Positions 35,747 to 46,589 are shown, counted from the first letter of the stretch. The stretch: 64,000 nucleotides of DNA from an uncultured Brevundimonas sp. (GCF_937863155.1 NZ_CALMFB010000054.1:29975-93974), one strand, 5' to 3'. Notes: generated from the letters alone by a model not told the origin. Numbers and translations are program-made.

Positions 35747-36868
35747 TCAACGTCTCCGTATCAGGGTGAAGGTCTTGGCCGGCGGGGCCAGGGTCTGGCG
35801 CAGGATCGACTGGGCGCAGGCCAGCGCCGGGTCGTCGGCGCCCTGGGCGACCGAGATCAGGCGGGTCCAGACCTCGTCGTCGGCCTGGGCCAGGAAGGCG
35901 GCCAGGGTCTCGCGCACGAAGGCGGCCATGGGCTGTGATCGACGCTCGGCCTCGGACCGCGCCAGCTCGGCCAGTTCCGGGTCCGCCGACGCCAGCCAGC
36001 GTTCGGACCGCAGGGCCAGAGCTTCGCCGTCGCCCATCAGATCGCCGAACGACAGGGCGCCGGGCGCGACCTGTCCGGCCTCGTCCAGCGTCAGGGCCAC
36101 GCCGGTCTCGCGCGCATCGTCGGCCAGGGCGGCGACATAGCGGGCGGCCGCGCCGGCCCAGGCGCGATGGCGAAGACGCTCGGCGATATCGGCCTGGACG
36201 TGCTCGAACGGCAGGCGTCGGCCGGGCTGGCGCCGGTCCAGCCGCAGGACGTGCCAGCCGAAACGCGAACGCACCGGCCGGTCGCCGATCTGGCCGGGCG
36301 CAAGGTCGGTCAGGGCGCGTTCGACCTCGGGCGTCAGGTCGCCAGGGAACAGCTGGCCCAGGGCGCCGCCGACGTCGCGTGACGAACACTGAGACAGTTC
36401 TCGCGCCAGGTCGGCGAACAGGCCCGGCTGCGCGGACAGGCGTTCGATCAGAACGTTCGCCTGGGCCTCGGTTTCGCTCCAGTCGGCGTCGTCTTCTCCG
36501 GGCGGCTGCAACAGGATGTGCGACGCCTCGATCATGGTCGGGGTCATGAAGCGGTCGGGCGCGGCGTCATAGACGCGCCGCCGTTCGTCTTGCGTCGGTT
36601 CGTCCACCTGGACTTCCTGGTCCAGCAGAACGCGGATCAGGGCCTCGTCACGGGTTTCCTCACGGCCGTCGTCATCGACCTGAGGGTTGGCGTCCAGGTC
36701 CAGGCCCCGCGCCCGGTTCAGCAGCAGGGCGCGGATGGCCAGGGCGCGGGCCGCCTCGATGCGGGCCTCGGCCAGGCTGGCGGCGGGATGGTGGCTGATC
36801 TCCTGGGCGATCAGCTTTTCGGGCACCGCGACGCCGTCGATGACCACGGATGGACCGGCGGCGGTCAT
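35747..36868 (-). CDS. PpiC/parvulin-type peptidyl-prolyl isomerase (NifM-like, nar-associated)
   Basis: ASHILL, FADLARELSQCSS...GGALG, PVRSRFGWHV; about 90-aa C-terminal extension. Confidence 0.85.
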   Translation of the reverse strand: MTAAGPSVVIDGVAVPEKLIAQEISHHPAASLAEARIEAARALAIRALLLNRARGLDLDANPQVDDDGREETRDEALIRVLLDQEVQVDEPTQDERRRVYDAAPDRFMTPTMIEASHILLQPPGEDDADWSETEAQANVLIERLSAQPGLFADLARELSQCSSRDVGGALGQLFPGDLTPEVERALTDLAPGQIGDRPVRSRFGWHVLRLDRRQPGRRLPFEHVQADIAERLRHRAWAGAAARYVAALADDARETGVALTLDEAGQVAPGALSFGDLMGDGEALALRSERWLASADPELAELARSEAERRSQPMAAFVRETLAAFLAQADDEVWTRLISVAQGADDPALACAQSILRQTLAPPAKTFTLIRRR

Positions 36869-37605
36869 CAGGGACGCCCCCGCAGGTGCGGCGGGGCCTT
36901 GGACTTGCGGTCCAGCGGCAGGATGCGCTTGCTGCGCACCAGCTGCCAGCCGCGCCGGTTCAGATACCAGACCGGCGCCGACAGCATGTGCACCAGCCGG
37001 GTGAAGGGGAAGACCAGGAAGATGGTCAGGCCCAGCACGATGTGCGCCTTGAAGATCCAGTGCACGTCCGCAATGTGGTTGGCCACGCCGGGCTGGAAGG
37101 TGAAAACCCCCTGGGCCCAGCTCATGAATTTCACCATCTCGTGGCCGTCCATATGCTCCATGGACACGAAGATGCTGGACAGGCCCAGGCACAGCTGGAG
37201 CATCAGCACGATCAGGATCGCCGTGTCGCCAAAGCTGGAGTTGCGCCGGATGCGCGCGTCGAACAGGCGACGGTGCAGCAGCAGCAGGCCGCCGATCAGG
37301 CACAGGGTTCCGGCGAAACCGCCCGCCACCATGGCGATCAACTGTTTGACGCTGTGCGGAACGCCCAGGGTGTCCCACACGATCACCGGCGTCAGCAGGC
37401 CGACGAAATGGCCGCCGAAGATCATCAGCACGCCGACGTGGAACAGGATCGATCCCATCACCAGCTGCTTGCGCCGCAGAAGCTGGGACGAGCCGGTGCG
37501 CCAGGAATAGGGTTCGCGGTCGAAACGCACGATCGAGCCGATCGCCAGCACCGCCAGGGCGATGTAGGGATAGACGCCGAAAAGGATCTGGTTGAGGTCA
37601 AGCAT
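36868..37605 (-). CDS. narI: Respiratory nitrate reductase gamma subunit
   Basis: YPYIAL...RFDREPYSWRTGSSQLL, FHVG...GH, HIVLG...FPFTRLVH. Confidence 0.96.
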   Translation of the reverse strand: MLDLNQILFGVYPYIALAVLAIGSIVRFDREPYSWRTGSSQLLRRKQLVMGSILFHVGVLMIFGGHFVGLLTPVIVWDTLGVPHSVKQLIAMVAGGFAGTLCLIGGLLLLHRRLFDARIRRNSSFGDTAILIVLMLQLCLGLSSIFVSMEHMDGHEMVKFMSWAQGVFTFQPGVANHIADVHWIFKAHIVLGLTIFLVFPFTRLVHMLSAPVWYLNRRGWQLVRSKRILPLDRKSKAPPHLRGRP

Positions 37606-37616
37606 CTCTCGTCTCC

Positions 37617-38321
37617 TCAGGCGCGCCGTTTCAGGGTTTCAGCGGCCGGGTCAGGCCCGGCCCTCATGGCCGCGACCAGGGCCTCGGCCTTGGGACAGCC
37701 GGCGTCGCCAGGGCCGAAGGTGACGGCCGTCTCCTCCCAGGCCTTGTCGATGGCTTCCAGGTCGTCGGGATTGTCGTCCGGCTCGCTGAGCAGGGCGGCC
37801 ACCGCCTCGCGGTCGGCGCCGCCGGCCAGGGCGCACAGGGCGCCGAAGACCCCGCGATAGGGGCTGTCGCGCTTCTTCAGCCGCTCGCCCATGGCGTCCA
37901 GCACATGCGCCGCCTCGCCCAACAGGGACGCCGCCTCGGCGTCCGGGCGGGTGGACAGATAGTCCAGGAACACCGGCAGGAAGTCCGGCAGTTCGTTGGC
38001 GTCCAGCTCCAGCCCGTTCTGCTGATACAGCTCGACCAGATCGGCCATGGCCTGACCCCGGTCGCGGCTTTCGCCGTGCACATGTTCGTACAGGTTCAGC
38101 GACAGCGAGCGGGTGCGGTCGAACAGCTGAACGTAGTTTTCCTGAAGCGCATAAATGTCTTCGCGCGCCAGTTCGTCCGCCAGCTTCGACAGGGCGCGCA
38201 CCAGCGGATCGGACACCAGGCCCTCGGCGCGGATGGCGGCCAGATAGTCATGGGCGCCGGTCTTCAGCCCCTCGGTCGGATAGGTCAGGAACAGGGCCAG
38301 GGCCCGATAGGTGACGGCCAT
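37617..38321 (-). CDS. narJ: Nitrate reductase chaperone
   Basis: YVQLFDRTRSLSLNLYEHVHGESRDRGQAM, ELPDFLP. Confidence 0.96.
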   Translation of the reverse strand: MAVTYRALALFLTYPTEGLKTGAHDYLAAIRAEGLVSDPLVRALSKLADELAREDIYALQENYVQLFDRTRSLSLNLYEHVHGESRDRGQAMADLVELYQQNGLELDANELPDFLPVFLDYLSTRPDAEAASLLGEAAHVLDAMGERLKKRDSPYRGVFGALCALAGGADREAVAALLSEPDDNPDDLEAIDKAWEETAVTFGPGDAGCPKAEALVAAMRAGPDPAAETLKRRA

Positions 38322-38334
38322 TATTCGACCTCCC

Positions 38335-39858
38335 TCATTTCACTTCCATGGGGGTGCGGGGCCGCGAACGGTCCTTGCGGCCGAACAGGCCGACCTCGGT
38401 CGTGCCTCCCGAACAGCCGTTGCCGAAGGTGAAGCCGCACGAGCCGCGCAGGTCATAGGCGTCCTCGACCGTCTCGCGGTGGGTCGTCGGGATGACGAAC
38501 CGGTCCTCGAAATCGGCGATGGCCATGATCTTGTACATGTCGTCGATCTGGGCGGCGGTCAGGCCCACGCGCTCGGCCAGCGGATGGTCGATGCGTCCGT
38601 CGATGGTCTTGGTCCGCATGTAGCCGCGCATGGCCAGCATCCGCTCCAGGGCGGTGACGACCGGGGCCTCGACCCCCGCCGTCAGCAGGTTGGCCAGATA
38701 TTTTACCGGGATGCGCAGCGAGCGGACGTCGGGCATGTCGCCGTCGGTCCCGATGGCGCCGACCGAGGCCGCCGACTGGATCGGCGACAGCGGCGGCACA
38801 TACCAGACCATCGGCAGGGTGCGGTATTCGGGATGCAGCGGGAAGGCGACCTTCCAGTCCATCGCCATCTTCCACACCGGGCTGCGTTTCGCCGCCTCCA
38901 GCCAGGCCTCCGGCACGCCATCGGCGCGGGCCTGGGCGATCACCGCCGGGTCGTTGGGGTCCAGGAAGACGTCGAGCTGGGCCTGATACAGGTCTTCCTC
39001 GGCCACGCTGGCCGCCGCCTCGATGCGGTCGGCGTCATACAGCATGACCCCCAGGTAGCGGATGCGACCGACGCAGGTTTCCGAACACACGGTCGGCAAC
39101 CCGGATTCGATGCGCGGATAGCAGAAGGTGCATTTCTCCGACTTCCCGGATTCCCAGTTGTAGTAGATCTTCTTGTAGGGGCAGGCCGAGACGCACATGC
39201 GCCAGCCGCGGCATTTCTCCTGGTCGATCAGGACGACGCCGTCTTCTTCGCGTTTGTAGATGGCGCCCGACGGACAGGCGGCGACGCAGGTCGGGTTCAG
39301 GCAGTGTTCGCACAGCCTGGGCAGGTACATCATGAAGGTGTTTTCGAAGGCTCCGTAGATCTCCTTCTCGACGCCCTCGAAATTATAGTCCTGCGACCGC
39401 TTGGCGAATTCGCCGCCCAGGATCTCCTCCCAGTTCGGCCCCCATTCGATCTTCTCCATCCGCTGGCCGCTGACCTTCGAGCGGGGGCGGGCGGTGGGGA
39501 AATGCTTCATCTCCGGCGCTTCCTGGAGATGGGCGTAGTCGAAGTCGAACGGCTCGTAATAGTCGTCGATCTCGGGCAGGTCGGGGTTGGCGAAGATCTT
39601 GGCCAGGATGCGCCACTTCGGCCCCATCTTTGGCTGGATGCGGCCGTTGGCCTTGCGCTCCCATCCGCCGTTCCAGCGTTTCTGGTTTTCCCAGTCCTTG
39701 GGATAGCCGACGCCGGGCTTGGTCTCGACGTTGTTGAACCAGGCGTATTCGACGCCTTCGCGGTTGGTCCACACGTTCTTGCAGGTGACGGAGCAGGTGT
39801 GACACCCGATGCATTTATCGAGGTTCAGCACCATGCCGATCTGGGCGCGGACCTTCAT
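38335..39858 (-). CDS. narH: Respiratory nitrate reductase beta subunit
   Basis: MKVRAQIGMVLNLDKCIGCHTCSVTCK and further Fe-S motifs. Confidence 0.98.
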   Translation of the reverse strand: MKVRAQIGMVLNLDKCIGCHTCSVTCKNVWTNREGVEYAWFNNVETKPGVGYPKDWENQKRWNGGWERKANGRIQPKMGPKWRILAKIFANPDLPEIDDYYEPFDFDYAHLQEAPEMKHFPTARPRSKVSGQRMEKIEWGPNWEEILGGEFAKRSQDYNFEGVEKEIYGAFENTFMMYLPRLCEHCLNPTCVAACPSGAIYKREEDGVVLIDQEKCRGWRMCVSACPYKKIYYNWESGKSEKCTFCYPRIESGLPTVCSETCVGRIRYLGVMLYDADRIEAAASVAEEDLYQAQLDVFLDPNDPAVIAQARADGVPEAWLEAAKRSPVWKMAMDWKVAFPLHPEYRTLPMVWYVPPLSPIQSAASVGAIGTDGDMPDVRSLRIPVKYLANLLTAGVEAPVVTALERMLAMRGYMRTKTIDGRIDHPLAERVGLTAAQIDDMYKIMAIADFEDRFVIPTTHRETVEDAYDLRGSCGFTFGNGCSGGTTEVGLFGRKDRSRPRTPMEVK

Positions 39859-42800
39859 CGGGCGGTCTCCTTGGCGTTGAGGGGTTCGTCCAGCCAGTCG
39901 ACCTTGTTCATCTTGCGCACGACCACGAATTCATCGCGGTTCGAGCCGACCGTGCCGTAGTAGTTGAAGCCGTAGGCCAGCTGGACGTAGCCGCCGATCA
40001 TGTGCGTCGGCTTGGGCACGATGCGGGTGACCGAGTTGTGGATGCCGCCGCGCCGGCCGGTGATCTGCGACCCCGGCGTGTTCACGATCTTCTCCTGGGC
40101 GTGGTACATGAAGGTCGTCCCCTCACGCATCCGCTGCGACACCACCGCCCGCGCCGAGATGGCGCCGTTGGCGTTGAACAGCTCGACCCAGTCGTTGTCG
40201 ATGATGCCGGCCTTCTGGGCGTCCGTCTCCGAGATCCAGATGACCGGCCCGCCACGGTTCAGCGTCAGCATCATCAGATTGTCGGAATAGGTGGAGTGGA
40301 TGCCCCACTTCTGGTGCGGGGTGATGAAGTTCAGGACGATCTCGGTCTCGCCATTGGGCTTCATGCCCTTGACCCAGGTGGTCTTGAGATCCAGCGGCGG
40401 GCGATAGACGCACAGCGCCTCGCCGAAGGCGCGCATCCACAGGTGGTCCTGATACAGCTGCTGGCGGCCCGTCAGGGTGCGCCACGGGATCAGCTCGTGC
40501 ACGTTGGTATAGTTGGCCGTGTAGCAGACATGCTCGGACTCCAGCCCCGACCAGATCGGCGACGAGATGATCTTGCGCGGCTGGGCCACGATGTCGCGGA
40601 AGCGGATCTTCTCCTCTTCCTTGGGCAGGGCCAGGTGGGTGTGATCGCGCCCCGTGACCCGCGACAGCGACGCCCACGACTTGACCGCCACCTCGCCGTT
40701 GGTTTCCGGCGCCATCATCAGCACCGCCTCGCAGGCGTCGATGGCGCTCTCCATCTTGGGCAGGCCCTTGGACACGCCTTCGTCCAGCACTTCGCCGTTC
40801 AGGGCGCGCAGCAGGTCGATCTCGTGCTCGGTGTTCCAGGCCAGGCCCTTGCCGCCGTTGCCGATCTTGGTCATCAGCGGGCCGATAGAGGTGAACTGCT
40901 TGTAGAGGTTGGGATAATCCCGCTCGACCACCGTGATCTGGGGCATGGTGCGGTTGGGGATGGGATCGCATTCCCCGTGCCACCAGTCCTTCACGTCGAA
41001 CGGCTGGGCCAGTTCGCCGGGGCTGTCGTGCTGGATCGGGGTCAGCACCACGTCCTTCTCGACGCCCAGAACCTCGGGACAGATGTCCGAGAAGGTCTTG
41101 GCCAGGCCGCGGAAGATGTCCCAGTCGGACCGCGACTCCCACGCCGGGTCCACGGCCGCCGTCAGCGGGTGGATGAAGGGGTGCATGTCCGAGGTGTTGA
41201 GGTCGTTCTTCTCGTACCAGGTGGCGGTCGGCAGAACGATGTCCGAATAGACGGCGGTGGTGGACATGCGGAAGTCCAGCGTCACCAGGAGGTCCAGCTT
41301 CCCTTCGGGGGCGTCGTCATGCCACGCCACCTCATTGGGCTTGGCCTTGCCGGCTTCGCCCAGATCCTGACCCTGCACCCCGTGGGCGGCGCCCAGAAGG
41401 TGCTTCAGGAAATACTCGTGGCCCTTGCCCGAGGACCCCAGCAGGTTCGAGCGCCAGACGAACATGTTGCGCGGCCAGTTGGCCGGATCGTCCGGGTCCA
41501 TGCAGGACATTTCCAGCGACCGGTCCTTCAGCCGCTGGACGGCGTAATCCTTGGGATCGACGCCCGCTTCGACGGCCTGACGCGCCACCTCCAGCGGATT
41601 GGTCTTCAGCGCCGGGGCCGAGGGCAGCCAGCCCAGGCGTTCCGCCTTGGCGTTGAAGTCGATCAGCGAGCCGGACCAGTCTCCGTCCGGCGCCGTGGGC
41701 GACAGGATTTCGTCCGCCGAGACGGTCTCGTACCGCCACTGGTCGGTGTGGGCGTAGAAGAAGGAGGTCGAGTTCTGCTGACGCGGCGGACGCAGCCAGT
41801 CCAGCGCAAAGGCCACCGGCGCCCAGCCCGACTGGGGCCGCAGCTTCTCCTGACCGACATAGTGGGCCCAGCCCCCGCCCGACTGACCCACGCAGCCGCA
41901 CATCACCAGCATGTTGATGACGGCGCGATAGTTCATGTCCATGTGGAACCAGTGGTTCATCGCCGCGCCGATGATGACCATGGACTTGCCGTTGGTCTTT
42001 TCGGCGTTGGTCGCGAACCCGCGCGCCGTGGCGATGATCTGGTCGCGCGGCACCGAGGTGATGGCCTCGGCCCAGGCGGGCGAATAGGGCTGGGCGTCGT
42101 CGTAGTCGGTCGGCATGGCCTCGCCGCCGAAGCCTTGATCGACGCCGTAGTTGGCCAGGAACAGATCATAGACGCTGGCCACCAGGGCCTCGCCCTCGAC
42201 CAGTTTCATCCGCTTGACCGGCACATTGCGCACCAGGACGTCGGGGTGGTCGGTTGAGGCGAAGCCGTTGGAGGCGGTGTTGGCGAAATAGGGGAAACGG
42301 ACGCCCGCCACCTCGTCATGCACGCCCTTCAGGCCCAGGCGCAGTTTCGTCTCGCGTCCGTCGGCGGCTTTCTCCTCCAGGTTCCAGCGGCCCTGCTCGC
42401 CCCAGCGGAAGCCGACCGAGCCGTTCGGCACGACCACCTCGCCTGTGGTCTCGTCGAGGGCGACGGTCTTCCATTCGGGATTGTTGGCCTGGTCCAGTGA
42501 GCCGTCGAAGTCCGACGCGCGCAGCAGGCGTTCGGGAACCAGTCCGCCGTCCTGCGGCACCAGCCGCACCAGCATGGGCAGGTCCGAATACTGGCGCACA
42601 TAGTCGCGGAAGTAGGGCACTTCCCGGTCGACGTGGAATTCCTTCAGGATCACGTGGCCGAACGCCATGCCCAGGGCCGCGTCCGTGCCCTGTTTCACCG
42701 CCAGCCACAGGTCGCCGAATTTCGAGGCTTCGGAATAGTCGGGGCAGATGACCACCGACTTGGCCCCGCGATAGCGCGCCTCGGTATAGAAGTGGGCGTC

Positions 42801-43586
42801 CGGCGTGCGGGTCTGGGGCACGTTCGAGCCCCAGAGCAGCATGAAGCCCGAGTTGTACCAGTCGGCCGATTCCGGCACGTCGGTCTGCTCGCCCCAGGTC
42901 TGGGGCGAGGCGGGCGGCAGGTCGCAATACCAGTCGTAGAATGAGCCGCAGACCCCGCCCAGCAGCTGCAGGTAACGGGCGCCGGCCGCATAGGACAGCA
43001 TCGACATGGCCGGGATGGGCGAGAAGCCGAACACCCGGTCCGGGCCCCAGCGCTGGATCGTGTGGGCGTTGGCGGCCGCGATCAGCTCGTTCACCTCGTC
43101 CCAGGTGGCGCGCACGAAGCCGCCCGAGCCGCGCATCTGCACATAGTCGGCGCGCGCGGCCGGATCGTCCTGGATCGAGGCCCAGGCCGCGACCGGCGTC
43201 AGGGTCGCCCGCGCCGCGCGCCAGCGCTTCAGCAGACGGCCGCGGATGAGCGGGTATTTCACCCGGTTGGCGGAATACAGATACCAGCTGTAGCTGGCGC
43301 CGCGCGCGCAACCGCGCGGCTCATGGTTCGGCAGTTCGGGCCGGGTGCGCGGATAGTCGGTCTGCTGCGTCTCCCAGGTGACGATGCCGCCCTTGACGTA
43401 GATCTTCCACGAGCACGAGCCGGTGCAGTTCACCCCGTGGGTCGAGCGCACGATCTTGTCGTGGCGCCAGCGGTTTCGATAGGACTCTTCCCAGCTGCGG
43501 TCGTCGTCGTTCATGACGCCGTGGCGGTCGGAGAAGAGTTCGGTCTTGCGCTTGAAGAAGGCCAGACGGTCCAGGGTGTTGCTCAT
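39855..43586 (-). CDS. narG: Respiratory nitrate reductase alpha subunit
   Basis: HDKIVRSTHGVNCTGSC, SFYDWYCDLP, TPHQKWGIHSTY. Confidence 0.98.
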   Translation of the reverse strand: MSNTLDRLAFFKRKTELFSDRHGVMNDDDRSWEESYRNRWRHDKIVRSTHGVNCTGSCSWKIYVKGGIVTWETQQTDYPRTRPELPNHEPRGCARGASYSWYLYSANRVKYPLIRGRLLKRWRAARATLTPVAAWASIQDDPAARADYVQMRGSGGFVRATWDEVNELIAAANAHTIQRWGPDRVFGFSPIPAMSMLSYAAGARYLQLLGGVCGSFYDWYCDLPPASPQTWGEQTDVPESADWYNSGFMLLWGSNVPQTRTPDAHFYTEARYRGAKSVVICPDYSEASKFGDLWLAVKQGTDAALGMAFGHVILKEFHVDREVPYFRDYVRQYSDLPMLVRLVPQDGGLVPERLLRASDFDGSLDQANNPEWKTVALDETTGEVVVPNGSVGFRWGEQGRWNLEEKAADGRETKLRLGLKGVHDEVAGVRFPYFANTASNGFASTDHPDVLVRNVPVKRMKLVEGEALVASVYDLFLANYGVDQGFGGEAMPTDYDDAQPYSPAWAEAITSVPRDQIIATARGFATNAEKTNGKSMVIIGAAMNHWFHMDMNYRAVINMLVMCGCVGQSGGGWAHYVGQEKLRPQSGWAPVAFALDWLRPPRQQNSTSFFYAHTDQWRYETVSADEILSPTAPDGDWSGSLIDFNAKAERLGWLPSAPALKTNPLEVARQAVEAGVDPKDYAVQRLKDRSLEMSCMDPDDPANWPRNMFVWRSNLLGSSGKGHEYFLKHLLGAAHGVQGQDLGEAGKAKPNEVAWHDDAPEGKLDLLVTLDFRMSTTAVYSDIVLPTATWYEKNDLNTSDMHPFIHPLTAAVDPAWESRSDWDIFRGLAKTFSDICPEVLGVEKDVVLTPIQHDSPGELAQPFDVKDWWHGECDPIPNRTMPQITVVERDYPNLYKQFTSIGPLMTKIGNGGKGLAWNTEHEIDLLRALNGEVLDEGVSKGLPKMESAIDACEAVLMMAPETNGEVAVKSWASLSRVTGRDHTHLALPKEEEKIRFRDIVAQPRKIISSPIWSGLESEHVCYTANYTNVHELIPWRTLTGRQQLYQDHLWMRAFGEALCVYRPPLDLKTTWVKGMKPNGETEIVLNFITPHQKWGIHSTYSDNLMMLTLNRGGPVIWISETDAQKAGIIDNDWVELFNANGAISARAVVSQRMREGTTFMYHAQEKIVNTPGSQITGRRGGIHNSVTRIVPKPTHMIGGYVQLAYGFNYYGTVGSNRDEFVVVRKMNKVDWLDEPLNAKETAR

Positions 43587-43589
43587 GGG

Positions 43590-44984
43590 TCAGGCCGCCG
43601 TGCTGTGGGAAACATTCAGGAGCGAGCCGCGCCGGGCGTAGTACAGCCAGTTGATCACCGCGCAGCTCAGGTAGAAGCCGAGGAAGATGTAGAGGGCCAG
43701 GGCGGGGTCGCCGGTCGCCTTCATCGAGTTGGCGAAGGCCAGGGGAATGAAGAAGCCGCCATAGGCGCCGATGGCCGACGAGAAGCCGACGATGGCCGCC
43801 GATTCCCGCTCTGACGCCTTCAACCGCTCTTCCGACGTGGCGCCGGGCATCAGGCGCGGCATGTCCGCCCGCACCAGGGCCGGGATCATCTGGAAGGTCG
43901 AGGCGTTGCCCACGCCGGTCCAGAAGAACAGCCAGAGGAAGCTGGCGAAGAACAGGCCGAAGGTCGCCTCTGCGCCAAACACGCCGATGCTGTAAAGCAC
44001 GCCCAAGACGCCGATCAGCAGGGCGCCGAAGACGATCTGGGTGACATTGTGCCCGCCCCACCGGTCCGAGACCCAGCCCGTCAGCGCCCGCGACGCGGCG
44101 CCGACCAGCGGCCCCAGGAAGGCGATCTGCAGGATGTTCACGTCCGGGAACAGGGTCTTGCCCAGCAGGGGAAAGGCCGCCGAGAAGCCGATGAACGAGC
44201 CGAAGGTGCCGATGTAGAGGTAGCACATCAGCCAGTTGTGCTTGCGCTTGAACACCACGGCCTGCTCGCGGAACGAGGACTTGGCCGAGGCCACGTCGTT
44301 CATGCCGAACCAGGCGGCGACGGCGGCGATCAGGATGAAGGGAACCCAGAAGAAGCCCGCGTTCTGCAACCAGACCTGGGTCTCGACGCCGTTGGCGACA
44401 GCGGTCTGGGGCGCGCCGGCGATCGATCCGAACACGGCCAGGCCGGTGACCAGAGGCGCGGCGAACTGCAGGGCGCTGACCCCCAGATTGCCGAAGCCGG
44501 CGTTCAGGGCCAGGGCGTTGCCCTTCTCGCTCTTGGGAAAGAAGAAGCCGATGTTGGCCATGGACGAGGCGAAGGCCCCGCCGCCCAGGCCGCAAAGCAG
44601 CGCCAGGACGATGAACACCGAATAGGGCGTCGTCACATCCTGCACCGCCATGCCGATGCCGATGGCCGGGATCAGCAGCGACAGGGTCGACAGCGTCGTC
44701 CACAGCCGCCCGCCGACGATCGGCGGCATGAAGCCGTAGAAGATGCGCAAGGTGGCGCCCGACAGGGCCGGCAGGGCCGTCAGCCAGAACAGTTCGGACG
44801 TCGAGAACTGGAAGCCGATGCTGTTCAGCCGCGTGGCCGCCGTGGACCACAGCATCCAGACCGAAAAGGCCAAGAGCAGGTTGGGGATCGAGATCCACAG
44901 GTTGCGCCGGGCGATCCGGCGGCCGGTGGCGCGCCAGAAGTCGGGGTCTTCGGGGCGCCAGTCATGAAGCACGTGTCGGGACAT
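43590..44984 (-). CDS. narK: Nitrate/nitrite antiporter, NarK2-type
   Basis: WRPEDP.FW...ARRNLWIS, GGAFASSM, GNASTFQMI. Confidence 0.93.
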   Translation of the reverse strand: MSRHVLHDWRPEDPDFWRATGRRIARRNLWISIPNLLLAFSVWMLWSTAATRLNSIGFQFSTSELFWLTALPALSGATLRIFYGFMPPIVGGRLWTTLSTLSLLIPAIGIGMAVQDVTTPYSVFIVLALLCGLGGGAFASSMANIGFFFPKSEKGNALALNAGFGNLGVSALQFAAPLVTGLAVFGSIAGAPQTAVANGVETQVWLQNAGFFWVPFILIAAVAAWFGMNDVASAKSSFREQAVVFKRKHNWLMCYLYIGTFGSFIGFSAAFPLLGKTLFPDVNILQIAFLGPLVGAASRALTGWVSDRWGGHNVTQIVFGALLIGVLGVLYSIGVFGAEATFGLFFASFLWLFFWTGVGNASTFQMIPALVRADMPRLMPGATSEERLKASERESAAIVGFSSAIGAYGGFFIPLAFANSMKATGDPALALYIFLGFYLSCAVINWLYYARRGSLLNVSHSTAA

Positions 44985-45003
44985 GGGCAGAAGCGTCCTT
45001 GCG

Positions 45004-46362
45004 CTAGCGAGCGTCGCGTCCTGCCGTCGGCAGGCCGTGCAGTTCGGGGAATTCAGGCAGTTGCGAGAGAGCCGGGACGTGGGCGCGCTCCATCCGGCCG
45101 ATGGCCAGGTGCATCCACAGCAGCGCCGCGCCGACCAGGACGAACAGCAGCATGAAGCAGCTGGTGGCGACACCGGTCAGGTCGTTCAGCATCCCGAAGG
45201 TGATCGGCAGCACGAACCCGCCCAGGCCGCCGATCATGCCGACCAGGCCGCCGACCGAACCGATATGGCCGGGATAATAGACGGGGATGTGCTTGTAGAC
45301 CGCCGCCTTGCCCAGGCTCATGGCGAAGCCCAGCACGAACACCAGCACCACGAACAGCGGCAGGCCGATGGCCATGTGGAAGGCGATGGGGCCCTTGGTT
45401 CCCTCGACCACATAGCTGGTGGCCGGATAGGACAGGATGAAGGTGCAGAGCACGCTGACGACAAAGGTCAGATACATGACCTTGCGCGCGCCGATGCGGT
45501 CGGACAGCCAGCCGCCGAAGATGCGGAACACCGAGCCGGGCACCGAATAGGCGGCGGCCAGCATGCCGGCGGTCTTGATGTCCAGATCATAGACGCCGGT
45601 CAGATAGCGCGGCAGCCACAGCGCCAGGGCGACAAAGCCGCCGAAGACGAAGAAGTAATAGAGCGAGAACCGCCACACCCGCAGATCCTTCAGCGGGGTC
45701 AGCTGCAGCCAGGCCGCCTGGGGCTTCTGGCCCGTGGCCCGGCGCGCGACCAGATCGGGATCGTCGCGCGTCAGCAGGAAGACCAGCACGCCGATGACCA
45801 GCAGGGCCGCCGCCCAGATCTGGGCCACCGCTTCCCAGCCCATGGCGATCATGACGAAGGGGGCGGCGAATTTGGTCACGGCCGAGCCGACGTTGCCCGC
45901 CCCGAACACGCCCAGGGCCGTGCCCTGTTTTTCCTTGGGGAAGAATTTCGACACATAGGTCACGCCGACCGAAAAGGCCCCGCCGGCGATGCCGACGCCC
46001 AGGGCGGCGATCAGAAACTGCGGATAGGTTTCGGCATAGGTCAGCAGGAAGGTGGCCCCGGCCGCCAGGATCATGACGATCAGATTGACCACCCGTCCGC
46101 CGTACTGTTCGGCCCAGACGCCCAGGATCACCCGGATCAGCGACCCGGTCAGAATGGGGGTGCCGACCAGCAGTCCGAACTGGGTTTCGTTCAGCCCCAG
46201 CTCGGCCTTGATCTGGACGCCGATGATCGAAAAGATCGTCCAGACCGCAAAACAGGCGGTGAAGGCGAAGGTGCTGAGCCACAGGGCCGTCTGCGCGCCC
46301 TTGTGTTGAAGCGGGGCCCCGCCTGCATTCGCCCCGACACCGCCGTTCGCGCCCGTCGCCAT
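45004..46362 (-). CDS. narK: Nitrate transporter, NarK1-type
   Basis: AFTACFAVWTIFSIIG, GTALGVFGAGNVG, GKAAVYKHIP. Confidence 0.92.
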   Translation of the reverse strand: MATGANGGVGANAGGAPLQHKGAQTALWLSTFAFTACFAVWTIFSIIGVQIKAELGLNETQFGLLVGTPILTGSLIRVILGVWAEQYGGRVVNLIVMILAAGATFLLTYAETYPQFLIAALGVGIAGGAFSVGVTYVSKFFPKEKQGTALGVFGAGNVGSAVTKFAAPFVMIAMGWEAVAQIWAAALLVIGVLVFLLTRDDPDLVARRATGQKPQAAWLQLTPLKDLRVWRFSLYYFFVFGGFVALALWLPRYLTGVYDLDIKTAGMLAAAYSVPGSVFRIFGGWLSDRIGARKVMYLTFVVSVLCTFILSYPATSYVVEGTKGPIAFHMAIGLPLFVVLVFVLGFAMSLGKAAVYKHIPVYYPGHIGSVGGLVGMIGGLGGFVLPITFGMLNDLTGVATSCFMLLFVLVGAALLWMHLAIGRMERAHVPALSQLPEFPELHGLPTAGRDAR

Positions 46363-46432
46363 CTCGCGACCTCCCGAAACCTGGAGATTGTCTCCGTCGG
46401 GAAGGATGTGCGCCGTGCGTGATCAGTACGGC

Positions 46433-46446
46433 TTGCTGTTTATCAA
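46433..46446. promoter_or_regulatory. FNR-type box upstream of narK1
   Basis: TTGCT-GTTT-ATCAA. Confidence 0.65.
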
Positions 46447-46589
46447 GCGCACCCTAGACGCCGGTCCAGAATTCAAAACCAGTTGCGCGATGACAGGGAT
46501 TTTATTGAGAGCGAAAATCAATAGCTAAACTAGACGGCGATGAGTTGTCTTGACGCAAAGCGCTGTCGCGCCGGGGCGGACACACTGGC

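Noticed and set aside
46504-46522. TATTGA...TCAATA as an FNR box
   Set aside because: Half-site spacing is 7 rather than 4; it may be another regulator's site but cannot be assigned.
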